Shown: in pieces, positions 24,034 to 32,380 of the stretch
Numbering within the stretch: position 1 is the first letter of the stretch
Layout: every line of letters starts with the position of its first letter
From: Alphaproteobacteria bacterium
GTDB lineage: Bacteria > Pseudomonadota > Alphaproteobacteria > GCA-2746255
Assembly (NCBI GenBank): GCA_965249135.1
Contig: OZ252220.1
Coordinates: 864,001-928,000 of the forward strand
Length of the DNA stretch: 64,000 nt
Direction: 5' to 3'
The notes under the pieces: model-generated
Told to the model about the DNA's origin: nothing
What the model saw: only the letters and a program-made list of their open reading frames with translations
Database searches by the model: none
Position numbers and translations under genes: made by a program

Positions 24034-24219
24034 TCACTTTTTTCTGGTCAATTTGTAGGGTTGCTCGCACTCTTTTTTCGTGGGCTCGCGGTTCTGGCTT
24101 CGCGGGCGGCTGGGCGCCGGGGCCAGCATGATCCGGCGCAGCGCTTCCTCGAACTTTCCCCGTTCGACGGGGTCTCTGTCCGTTGGATCAAGTCTCGGAG
24201 TGTTGGGCTTTCGGGGCAT
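24034..24219 (-). CDS. Small basic hypothetical protein, last ORF of the IS
   Basis: 61 aa with ATG 15 nt after the endonuclease stop, same strand, ends just inside the TIR. Confidence 0.55.
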   Translation of the reverse strand: MPRKPNTPRLDPTDRDPVERGKFEEALRRIMLAPAPSRPRSQNREPTKKECEQPYKLTRKK

Positions 24220-24233
24220 TACTTGTCTTCCAA

Positions 24234-24848
24234 TTATGGCAACACTCCGACTAGGACGAGCGGCACCGCTGGGACACCCCGACCTTGCCGCAGTACATTC
24301 AGCAGATCGCGTTCATAGTAGGGAACGCCGCTGGACATTTCCCGCTCCAATTCCTTCATCGGCAATATTTCAATCCCAACGTCAATGATATCAGACACAC
24401 AGAAACTCAGATGCTTCACGAACAAATCGTGTGCCACGAAGACATATTTGCCGAACTGAACCTCAACAGCTACACGATCCTTCACAAAATCGGTCTGATT
24501 GTAGGACATGATCGGCACATGTCCGGCTGCTTGGATCGCCTCTTTTTGCTCATGCTCTGGACGGCCATAGATGCCGCGCAATAGTTTCTCATCATCCGTC
24601 ACCCAAAACGTGTTTCTTCGCTCGCCCCAATCCCGCGCTTCAAGCCCAGCCTTGAATGCGGAATTCATCTCCGGCGGGGAATAGAGCACCCGCCCCATCA
24701 TGGTCTTTTCCTTGGATTCCTTGGTCTTGCACACTGCGGCATCGACTTCCGCTATCACGTCCCGAACCTCTCGCCAAAGTTCGTGCCGATGAACCAACAG
24801 ATATTCCTCGCCGTTAAGGTGAGAATACCGCGCTCCGATCCGCATCAA
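24234..24848 (-). CDS. BstYI-like type II restriction endonuclease (IS passenger)
   Basis: YSHLNGEEY, KESKEKT, LYSP, SYNQTDFVKDRVAVEVQFGKY (D/E/Q catalytic triad), RQGRGVPAVPLVLVG; closely resembles R.BstYI as recalled. Confidence 0.88.
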   Translation of the reverse strand: MMRIGARYSHLNGEEYLLVHRHELWREVRDVIAEVDAAVCKTKESKEKTMMGRVLYSPPEMNSAFKAGLEARDWGERRNTFWVTDDEKLLRGIYGRPEHEQKEAIQAAGHVPIMSYNQTDFVKDRVAVEVQFGKYVFVAHDLFVKHLSFCVSDIIDVGIEILPMKELEREMSSGVPYYERDLLNVLRQGRGVPAVPLVLVGVLP

Positions 24849-25675
24849 TGTCCGCCGTTCGGCAAGGTGGGGTCATAGATTGGCTTATTCATCGGACGGG
24901 TGCGAAGTTCACCGGCCTCAAGGGCCTTCACCCTCTTTTTCGCTATCTGCACATACTCGCCCATGACATCGCAGCCGTAGGCAAGCCGCTCATGCTTGAG
25001 TGCGGCAACGATTGTCGATCCAACGCCCATGTAGGGGTCGAACACGGCATCGCCCCGGTCTGTCATGGAAAGCACGAGGCGCTCCACCAACTCCACCGGA
25101 AACTGGCACGGATGGATTGTCTTCTCCGGGTGATTGTTCTTGACGTTCGGGAACGCCCAAACGTCGCTGGGATTCTTGCCTTTTGGGTTGCCGGACAACT
25201 TACCTGCGTTCGGCCCCTTGAAGTGCCGCTTGTTCGGGTACTTGGGCGGCACCCGAATTTGATCTAGGTGCCAAGTGTAATCATCGCCCTTTGTCCACCA
25301 GTTGATGGTTTCATAGCGCCCCGACAGGCGCTTGGTGCAGTGCAAGCCGTGTCCGAAATTCCATATAATCCGGTTGCGAAGCTTGAATCCCTGCGCGTGA
25401 AACAATGGATAGAGCAACGCATCGAGCGGCATGATCTCACCGTTCTCGACATAGTTCCCTACCTGCCAGCATATCGAGCCTTGGTCATGCAGGAGGCGGG
25501 CGCACTCGCCGATGACACGTTCCTGCGTGGCGAGGTAGATATCGAGGCTGGATTTGCCTTCGTAGGATTTGCCGAGATTGTATGGCGGCGATGTAACGAT
25601 CAGCTTGAATACCTCATCCGGCAAGGGCCGCATGAATGCGACATTGTCCTTGCAGGCGAGTACGGCCCGACTCAT
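24845..25675 (-). CDS. Beta-class amino (probably N4-cytosine) DNA methyltransferase (IS passenger)
   Basis: TSPPYN motif IV near the N-terminus, HPCQFP, FDPYMGVGST motif I near the C-terminus. Confidence 0.92.
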   Translation of the reverse strand: MSRAVLACKDNVAFMRPLPDEVFKLIVTSPPYNLGKSYEGKSSLDIYLATQERVIGECARLLHDQGSICWQVGNYVENGEIMPLDALLYPLFHAQGFKLRNRIIWNFGHGLHCTKRLSGRYETINWWTKGDDYTWHLDQIRVPPKYPNKRHFKGPNAGKLSGNPKGKNPSDVWAFPNVKNNHPEKTIHPCQFPVELVERLVLSMTDRGDAVFDPYMGVGSTIVAALKHERLAYGCDVMGEYVQIAKKRVKALEAGELRTRPMNKPIYDPTLPNGGH

Positions 25676-26625
25676 CGTTCCTCCGACTCCGCCACCAAAT
25701 CCCTGTACCGGAGCCGCTTGCCACCGATTCCACTGGCGAGAGCCGCCATGCGGTCCAGGGTATCGACTTCGCAGTTACCCTCGTTCAGCCGGAATGCCGT
25801 CTCATCGACGTAGCGGCTCAGATGCTTTGCGGAAACGCGGTACCACGTTCCGGTGATCGAGCGCTTGAGTACGGCCCATACGCTTTCGATCCCGTTGGTA
25901 TGTACGCCGCCGTCTCGGACGTACTCCTTGGCGCTGTGATTGACCGTCTCGTGATCGTAGGGAAGTTCCTGATAGGCCGAGGCGTCGTCGGTATAAACCG
26001 TGGCGTCCGGCGCGGCATGGGATTTGACGAAGCCGATCAGGGTAGCCACGTCGGTGCGCTCGATTGGCTTGGCGGCGACCTTGCCGCCCCGTTCCCGTGC
26101 GCCTATCACAGGAGTCTTTCCGACTGGACCCCGACCGGCGCGTAGTTTCTTCTTGGAATGTTTGTTGCGCTCGCGGCCGCCGATGTAGGTCTCGTCAACC
26201 TCCACGACCCTTTCAAGGGTGAACTCTCCCCCGGCGCAGGCTTCTCGAATGCGGTGGAGCATATGCCATGCGGTGCGGTACTGGCAACCCAGTTCCTTCG
26301 AGAGTTGCATGGCGCTCACGCCCTTGCGGGCCGTCAGAACCGAGTAGATGGCGAATACCCAGTCCTGCAACGGCTTCTTGGTAGAATGCAGGCACGTCCC
26401 TGTAGTAACCGTGAAGTGATCCCGGCAAGCCTTGCACCAGTAGGCTTTCGGCTTGCTCGGCGACGGCATCCTGATCTCATCAACGCTCCCGCAATTCGGG
26501 CAGATCGGAGTACCGCCCCAGCGCACCAACTCCAACCACTCGCGGCAAGCTTTCTCGTCCGGGAACAGCCGGTAGAGTTGAGGGACACTGATGGTCTCGG
26601 CGGTTCGTTTTTTGTTCTTGCTCAT
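25672..26625 (-). CDS. IS1595-family transposase
   Basis: Zn ribbon CPNCGS..CKAC, HTH KGVSAMQLSKELG..TAWHMLHRIR, VEVDETYIGG, VYTDD, VNHS..EYV, HTNGIESVW. Confidence 0.95.
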   Translation of the reverse strand: MSKNKKRTAETISVPQLYRLFPDEKACREWLELVRWGGTPICPNCGSVDEIRMPSPSKPKAYWCKACRDHFTVTTGTCLHSTKKPLQDWVFAIYSVLTARKGVSAMQLSKELGCQYRTAWHMLHRIREACAGGEFTLERVVEVDETYIGGRERNKHSKKKLRAGRGPVGKTPVIGARERGGKVAAKPIERTDVATLIGFVKSHAAPDATVYTDDASAYQELPYDHETVNHSAKEYVRDGGVHTNGIESVWAVLKRSITGTWYRVSAKHLSRYVDETAFRLNEGNCEVDTLDRMAALASGIGGKRLRYRDLVAESEER

Positions 26626-26651
26626 GGGAATTCCCCTGTTGACTGCTGATT

Positions 26652-26680
26652 ATTATATGTTAAATGAAATCAGATGTCTA
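26652..26680 (-). promoter_or_regulatory. Sigma70 promoter of the IS operon
   Basis: TAGACA-17 nt-TATAAT on the minus strand, just inside the TIR and upstream of the transposase ATG. Confidence 0.75.
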
Positions 26681-26686
26681 CAGGTT

Positions 26687-26711
26687 TTGCTGATTTTGCT
26701 ACATAATTCCC
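26687..26711. repeat. Terminal inverted repeat (transposase-proximal end)
   Basis: Reverse complement GGGAATTATGTAGCAAAATCAGCAA. Confidence 0.9.
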
Positions 26712-26972
26712 TTCGTAAACCGTTTCGTCGACAACGATGCTGGTTTCAAATCCTTTTTCTTTCCACCCAAGACGGTAGAAATGTCCATCTAACTTGTTGG
26801 CGATTAGCGACTTGCGTCCACCGGGTGCAAGAACATCCGTACGCATCAATTTGAAAGAGCCAAGAACCTTCACTATGTCGCTCCATTCACCTGAATGCGC
26901 CGCCGTCAGAATCGCCATTGCGTTCCGCCACTCGTGAATTGCATAAAGGCGTCTGATCTCTTTCGGGACCAT
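26712..26972 (-). pseudogene. 5' half of the interrupted BglII/BstYI-family endonuclease (includes right TSD 26712..26719)
   Basis: AGGAGG RBS then MVPKEIRRLYAIHEWRNAMAIL..PGGRKS..GWKEK..VVDETVYE, after which the frame enters the IS end. Confidence 0.88.
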
Positions 26973-27217
26973 TACGCCTCCTACATCCTGTTACTACAAA
27001 ACACTTTCCCACAAAATGTAGCACTTCTAAAAGTTTGGCTAAACAGATGTCTCTCGAACTAGCCATAAGACACCTATTGGAACAAATCAAGAACGTTCTA
27101 GATTTTGTTGGTATGTGGAAGATTCGGCGTCAAAGACCCGTTTTATTGCCCAAGCCGCGGCGACCTGTTAGGTATCCCCGCGGCGATTCTTCGAAAAACC
27201 TTAACTCACCTACGAAG

Positions 27218-27787
27218 ATGAAGATCAGCGGCAACGCCATCCGTTCCGGCATGGTGATCGAACACAAGGGAAGGCTTTCGGTGGCGGTGAAGACCCAGCA
27301 CACTCAGCCCGGCAAGGGCGGCGCCTATCTCCAGGTCGAGCTGCGCGACATCCGCGACGGCACGAAGCTGAACGAGCGTTTCCGCTCGAGCGAAGACGTC
27401 GAGCGCGTCCGCCTCGACCAGCGGACCTACCAGTATCTCTATCGGGAAGAGAAGCTCCTCACCTTCATGGACACGGAGACCTTCGACCAGGTGACGATCG
27501 ACGAGGCGCTCCTCGGCGAGGCGGTAGCCTTCCTTCAGGACGACATGACGGTTACCATCGAATCCTACGAAGGCGACCCGGTGGGCGTGACGCTGCCCGA
27601 CACCGCCGTCTGCACGGTTACGGAAACGGAAAGCGTGATCAAGGGGCAGACGGCGGCTGCTTCCTACAAGCCGGCGGTTCTCGACAACGGGGTCCGCATC
27701 TCCGTGCCGCCGCATATCGAGATGGGCAATCGCGTCGTCGTGAACACGGCGATGCGAACCTATGTCGAGCGGGCAAAAGATAAATGA
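27218..27787 (+). CDS. efp: Elongation factor P
   Basis: MKISGNAIR start, HTQPGKGGAY, KGQTAAASYKPA, YVERA. Confidence 0.96.
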   Translation: MKISGNAIRSGMVIEHKGRLSVAVKTQHTQPGKGGAYLQVELRDIRDGTKLNERFRSSEDVERVRLDQRTYQYLYREEKLLTFMDTETFDQVTIDEALLGEAVAFLQDDMTVTIESYEGDPVGVTLPDTAVCTVTETESVIKGQTAAASYKPAVLDNGVRISVPPHIEMGNRVVVNTAMRTYVERAKDK

Positions 27788-28602
27788 GCACGCGGTCTGC
27801 CATCATCAACGTCATGGAGGGCGCCGCCCGCAAGGCAGCGCGCGCGCTCGTGCACGACTTCGGCGAGGTTGAACAGCTCCAGGTCTCGAAGAAGGGGCCG
27901 GGCGATTTCGTGACGAATGCCGATCTCAAATCCGAGAAGATCCTGCACAGGGAATTGCGCCGCGCCAGGCCCGATTACGGACTCCTGCTCGAGGAAAGCG
28001 GGGCCGAAGAAGGAACGGACCCGGACCACACCTGGCTTGTCGACCCGCTCGACGGCACCTCGAACTTCCTTCACGGCAATCCCCACTTCTCCATCACGAT
28101 TGCGCTCAAACGCGAAGACAAGATCGTGGCCGGGATCATCCTCGATCCGATCCAGGACGAACTCTTCTGGGCGGAACGCGGCGGCGGTGCTTTCCTGAAC
28201 GACCGCCGGCTTCGCGTCTCGGCACGCACCCGGCTGGATGAGGCGCTGCTCGCCTATGGGGAACCCTTCGGCGGCCGTACCGGTAAAGAGATTTTCGCCA
28301 AGGTGCTGCCGCTGGTCATGGAAAGGACGGCCGGCATCCGCCGCACCGGGGCGGCCGCCCAAGACCTCGCCTATGTCGCCGCCGGACGTTTCGACGGCTA
28401 TTGGGAGGACGGCCTCAAGCCTTGGGATATGGCGGCCGGCATCCTGCTCGTCCAGGAGGCGGGCGGTTACGTGACGGAAATCGGTGGTGGCAAGAACATG
28501 CTCGAATCGGGAAGTGTGCTCGCCACGAACGACCGTCTCTACCCTGCCGTCGCCGGATTGCTGCGCGAGGCCTATGCGGCGGCGGGTGAAGTAACGGATT
28601 GA
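27784..28602 (+). CDS. suhB: Inositol monophosphatase family protein
   Basis: DFVTNAD, WLVDPLDGTSNFLHG, WDMAAGILLVQEAGG. Confidence 0.92.
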   Translation: MSTRSAIINVMEGAARKAARALVHDFGEVEQLQVSKKGPGDFVTNADLKSEKILHRELRRARPDYGLLLEESGAEEGTDPDHTWLVDPLDGTSNFLHGNPHFSITIALKREDKIVAGIILDPIQDELFWAERGGGAFLNDRRLRVSARTRLDEALLAYGEPFGGRTGKEIFAKVLPLVMERTAGIRRTGAAAQDLAYVAAGRFDGYWEDGLKPWDMAAGILLVQEAGGYVTEIGGGKNMLESGSVLATNDRLYPAVAGLLREAYAAAGEVTD

Positions 28603-28653
28603 TTTTCGGTTCGAATCTTCGCGACCCCATTGTCTGATGCGGGGCTCTGAGTT

Positions 28654-29694
28654 ATGGTCGCCGGCATGTTTCCGCATCATCGCACACGGATCGGCGTCCT
28701 CGCCGTAAGCGGGCTCGTGCTTGCCAGCACCGCCGCGTTTGCCGAGGAACCTGTCGTCGTCGTCGGCAGCGGCAAACCGAGCGTGACGATCGACTATGGC
28801 GTGCTCGATGAACTCAGCCGGTGGCCGGTCGTGCCGCGCCTCCTGATGCCGGGACCGGGCCCGGCCCAGGGCGGCCGCATCACACTTCGAAGGCCGGGCG
28901 AGGCTGCGCCCCAAGCAGAGGCCGCGTCCCAGGCAGCGGTGGCACCGGAGGTGACACCTGCACCGAAGGTGACGCCGGCACCCGCCCCGGTCGAAGAGGC
29001 AGCCCCTGCGCCTGCCCCGGTCGAAGCGGCAGCCGCGGAGAAGATCCTGCTGACGCCCCCGCCGCCGGTGAAGCCGAAAGAAGCGGCGAAGCCGAAAGAA
29101 GCGGCGAAGCCGAAAGAAGTGGCGAAGCCGAAGGCAGTGGCCGAACCGAAGGTCCCACCGCCGCCTCCGATGTTGGAGCCGAAGGCCGTGGCCCCCGAAC
29201 GGCTTAAGCCTGCCCTTCAGATGCCCGACGCCCCGCCGCCTCCGGTCGTGCTTACCGAGCCGATCCCGACCCCGCCGCCGCCCGCACCGAAAGCGGCCGC
29301 AAAGCAGGCGCCCTCGCCCGAAGGCAAGCCGGCGATGGAACAGACGGCAAAGTTGCCACCGGCATCCGCACCGCTTGAGCCCGGCGAGCCCTTAAGCATC
29401 GCGTTTAGCAGCGAAAGCGCGCTTCTGTCCGATAAGGCGAAGGCCGGGCTTGAGGATTTCGCAAGACGGCTGAAGGACAATCCCGCACTTCGAATCCAGC
29501 TGCTGGCCCATGCAAGCGGCACCCAGGAAACCGCGAGCCAAGCGCGGCGCCTTTCGCTTTCGCGCGCCCTTGTCGTTCGCTCCTATCTCATCGAGGCCGG
29601 AGTTTCCAGCATTCGGATCGACGTCCGCGCACTCGGCAACAAGGTCGAGGACGAGCCGGCGGACCGCGTCGACCTCGTCTACGCGAACGGCTAA
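28654..29694 (+). CDS. OmpA/MotB-domain periplasmic protein with Pro/Ala-rich linker
   Basis: Signal peptide, KPKEAA repeats, C-terminal RRLSLSRALVVRSYLI..IDVRALG..DRVD. Confidence 0.8.
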   Translation: MVAGMFPHHRTRIGVLAVSGLVLASTAAFAEEPVVVVGSGKPSVTIDYGVLDELSRWPVVPRLLMPGPGPAQGGRITLRRPGEAAPQAEAASQAAVAPEVTPAPKVTPAPAPVEEAAPAPAPVEAAAAEKILLTPPPPVKPKEAAKPKEAAKPKEVAKPKAVAEPKVPPPPPMLEPKAVAPERLKPALQMPDAPPPPVVLTEPIPTPPPPAPKAAAKQAPSPEGKPAMEQTAKLPPASAPLEPGEPLSIAFSSESALLSDKAKAGLEDFARRLKDNPALRIQLLAHASGTQETASQARRLSLSRALVVRSYLIEAGVSSIRIDVRALGNKVEDEPADRVDLVYANG

Positions 29695-29714
29695 TCCCGA
29701 AGATATAAAGAAGC

Positions 29715-31538
29715 CTAGCCGAGCGACGAACGCCCGAGCGATGAACGAATGAGTTCCGGCTCGAACTGAAGTTCGGCCAGGCGCGCATAAAGGGGCGAGG
29801 TTCCGAGAAGCTCTCCGTGGGTGCCGATGGCGACGATTTTCCCATCCTCCAGGACGACGATGCGATCCGCCTTGAGCACGGTCGAAAGCCGGTGCGCGAT
29901 CACCAGCGTCGTGCGTTCCGCCATCAGCTTTTCCAGCGCGTCTTGAACGACGCACTCGCTTTCCGAATCAAGGGCGCTCGTCGCCTCGTCCAGCAGCAGC
30001 ACGGCGGGGTCTCGTAAAATCGCCCGCGCGATGGCGATCCGTTGTTTCTGCCCGCCCGAAAGCCGGACGCCGCGTTCGCCGAGAAAGCTCGCGAAGCCTT
30101 CCGGCAACTGGTCGAGGAATTCGGCCGCGTGCGCGGCCTCCGCGGCGGCACGGATCGCGGACTCGTCGGCCTCGGGACGGCCGTAGCGAATGTTCTCCCA
30201 GGCATCCGCCGAGAAGATGATGGGGTCCTGGGGAACCAGGCCAAGCCGCGCCCGCACCTCCTTAGGGCTCGCGTCACGAAGCAGGACCCCATCCAGCGTG
30301 ATGCGGCCATTTTGCGGATCGTAAAAGCGCAGCAACAGTTGAAAGACGGTCGACTTGCCGGCGCCCGAGGGACCGACCAGCGCAAGCTTTTCGCCGGGCG
30401 CCACTGCTAGGGTGAAATCGCTGAGCGCCGGATGGCCGGCGCGGGAGGGATAGGTAAAGGTGACACCCTCGAAACCGACCGCGCCACGCGCCGGCGATGG
30501 AAGGGGCTTAGGTCTTTCGGGTGCGATAATCTCCGGCTGCATCGCTAGAAGGTCGAACAATCGCTCCGTCGCACCGGCGGCCCGCTGAAGATCGCCGATG
30601 ACCTCGCTGATCGCGCCGACCGCGCCGGCGACGATGGCAGCGTAAAAGACGAAGGCTGCCAAGTCGCCGGCGCTTAAGTCCCCGGCAAGCACCTCGTGAC
30701 CGCCCACCCAAAGAATGCAGCCGATCGCACTGAAGGTCAGCACGATCACGATGACCGTAAGCATGGCGCGCACGCGCACGCGACGCATGCTCGTACGCAA
30801 CGCGTCCTCGACGCGGCCGGCAAAACGCGTCCGGTCGACGTCTTCGTGCCCGAAGGCCTGCACGGTGCGAACAGCGTTGATGCTTTCTTCGACGTAAGCG
30901 CCGACGTCTGCGACGCGATCCTGGCTTTCCCGCGAAAGCCTGCGCACGCGCCGGCCAAGCAAAAGGATCGGAACGACGAGGGCGGGAACGACGAGGACGA
31001 CGAGAAGCGTCAGTTTCGGGCTCGTGATGGCAAGAAGGACGATGCCGCCGATCAGCATAAGCACGTTGCGAAGCGCCATCGAAAGGCTTGAGCCGACGAC
31101 GACCTGAAGAAGCGTGGTGTCCGTCGTCAGGCGCGACAGCACCTCGCCTGTCTTCGTCACCTCGAAAAAACCCGGGCTCAAGCTCAGGATGTGGTTGAAG
31201 ACCGCGCGGCGAAGGTCGGCGACGACGCGCTCGCCGACCCAGGACACCAGCGTGAACCGCCCATAGGTCGCCACCGCCAACAGCACGATGACGCCAAGCA
31301 ACACCATCAACGCCTGATCCAGCAACTCGGCGTTGTCGGCGCCGAAGCCCTCATCGACCAGCGTGCGCAGGCCTAAGCCAAGCGCAAGCACCGTGCCGGC
31401 AGCCAGCGTAAGGGCGGCCAGCGCGCCCAGGATGCCAAGCGTATAGGGCCGAAGAAAGGGCACGAGCCTTCGAAGGTGGCGAAGATCCCCAGGCGAGCCC
31501 CTTTCCGGGGCGATGGATGAAGGCGTTTCTCGTGCCAT
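29715..31538 (-). CDS. ABC transporter fused permease/ATPase (MsbA-related)
   Basis: TM domain, GPSGAGKST, LSGGQKQR, LLLDEATSALD. Confidence 0.93.
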   Translation of the reverse strand: MARETPSSIAPERGSPGDLRHLRRLVPFLRPYTLGILGALAALTLAAGTVLALGLGLRTLVDEGFGADNAELLDQALMVLLGVIVLLAVATYGRFTLVSWVGERVVADLRRAVFNHILSLSPGFFEVTKTGEVLSRLTTDTTLLQVVVGSSLSMALRNVLMLIGGIVLLAITSPKLTLLVVLVVPALVVPILLLGRRVRRLSRESQDRVADVGAYVEESINAVRTVQAFGHEDVDRTRFAGRVEDALRTSMRRVRVRAMLTVIVIVLTFSAIGCILWVGGHEVLAGDLSAGDLAAFVFYAAIVAGAVGAISEVIGDLQRAAGATERLFDLLAMQPEIIAPERPKPLPSPARGAVGFEGVTFTYPSRAGHPALSDFTLAVAPGEKLALVGPSGAGKSTVFQLLLRFYDPQNGRITLDGVLLRDASPKEVRARLGLVPQDPIIFSADAWENIRYGRPEADESAIRAAAEAAHAAEFLDQLPEGFASFLGERGVRLSGGQKQRIAIARAILRDPAVLLLDEATSALDSESECVVQDALEKLMAERTTLVIAHRLSTVLKADRIVVLEDGKIVAIGTHGELLGTSPLYARLAELQFEPELIRSSLGRSSLG

Positions 31539-31684
31539 GAAAGCGGTTTGATCCCCTCTTCGTGTGCTGGCTCAAAACTATCAACTGTCCCCTGAACCAA
31601 CAAGGAAGGCTTCTCCATCCACCCCTTGTTCCGGTACCGCTCCTTCGCTATAAGGTTGACCCCTTGAAGGCTAAGAGGCGAAGG

Positions 31685-31909
31685 ATGAAAAAAGGAGGCC
31701 ACCCCAAGTATCACACGATCAACGTCGTGTGCACCGACGGCACCACGTTCCAGACGCGCTCCACCTGGGGCAAGGAAGGCGACACGCTGAGATTGGACGT
31801 CGATCCGCTCTCGCATCCCGCCTGGACCGGCGTGCACCGCCTGAGCGAGCACGGCGGCCAGCTCGCCAAGTTCAAGAAACGTTTCCAGGATTTCGGCCTG
31901 AAATCCTAG
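31685..31909 (+). CDS. rpmE: 50S ribosomal protein L31
   Basis: [29 protein letters not shown]. Confidence 0.95.
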   Translation: MKKGGHPKYHTINVVCTDGTTFQTRSTWGKEGDTLRLDVDPLSHPAWTGVHRLSEHGGQLAKFKKRFQDFGLKS

Positions 31910-31926
31910 TCACTCCGCATTTCTGG

Positions 31927-31956
31927 CCGCTACTTCTTGAAAAACCGCTCGGCATC
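31927..31956. repeat. Direct repeat of DUF1192 3' end (islet boundary; partner 36829..36858)
   Basis: CCGCTACTTCTTGAAAAACCGCTCGGCATC vs CCGCTACTTCCTGAAAAACCGTTCGACGTC, 26/30 identical. Confidence 0.75.
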
Positions 31957-32192
31957 GGGCCGATCTCCGTAGAAGATATCTTGCCCACCTACATCAACCC
32001 TAATCACAGAAATTCTGCCTCTTAGAAGGGGACTCACCAGATTCCGGTGGTCGTGCGCACCATCGCCAACCCGGTCCTGGTGCTGGGCCCTGATGGGAGG
32101 CGTCCGGCGACCCACTTAAGAAAGCGACAGCGTACTCTCGTTGCGATTTCCCGGACGACGTCCGGCAACGCGGCAAAGAGAAGAGGCTGCAG

Positions 32193-32261
32193 ATGTTCAT
32201 TCAAACAGAACACACGCCCAATCCCGCGACACTGAAATTCCTGCCCGGCCGACACCGATGA
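32193..32261 (+). pseudogene. N-terminal fragment of NifU/NfuA-type Fe-S carrier gene
   Basis: MFIQTEHTPNPATLKFLPGRHR-stop, the characteristic NFU N-terminus. Confidence 0.7.
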
Positions 32262-32380
32262 CCTCCAACGGGCCAATCCGGCCTCCGACGGTCAAGTAGT
32301 CGTCGATATTCGTATCCTAGCTTCGGGCGTACTATCATCATTTCCGGCGCGTGAACCCGGAATGAACCAGGGCCGTTGAA

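Larger units (their letters stand above)
23984..26711 (-). mobile_element. IS1595-family transporter IS (ISNwi1-like ends), 2728 bp, carrying an R-M system
   Basis: 25-bp TIRs GGGACTTGCGTAGCAAAATCAGCAA / GGGAATTATGTAGCAAAATCAGCAA (22/25 identical), 8-bp TSD, intact transposase plus 3 passenger ORFs. Confidence 0.93.

Noticed and set aside
27035-27217. N-terminal extension of EF-P, or a controller gene for the resident R-M system
   Set aside because: EF-P begins at MKISGN (27218); no HTH-like ORF is visible upstream of the endonuclease.
31930-32115. 61-aa minus-strand ORF ending DAERFFKK
   Set aside because: Only the last residues are meaningful (the duplicated DUF1192 end); the rest has no coding signal.
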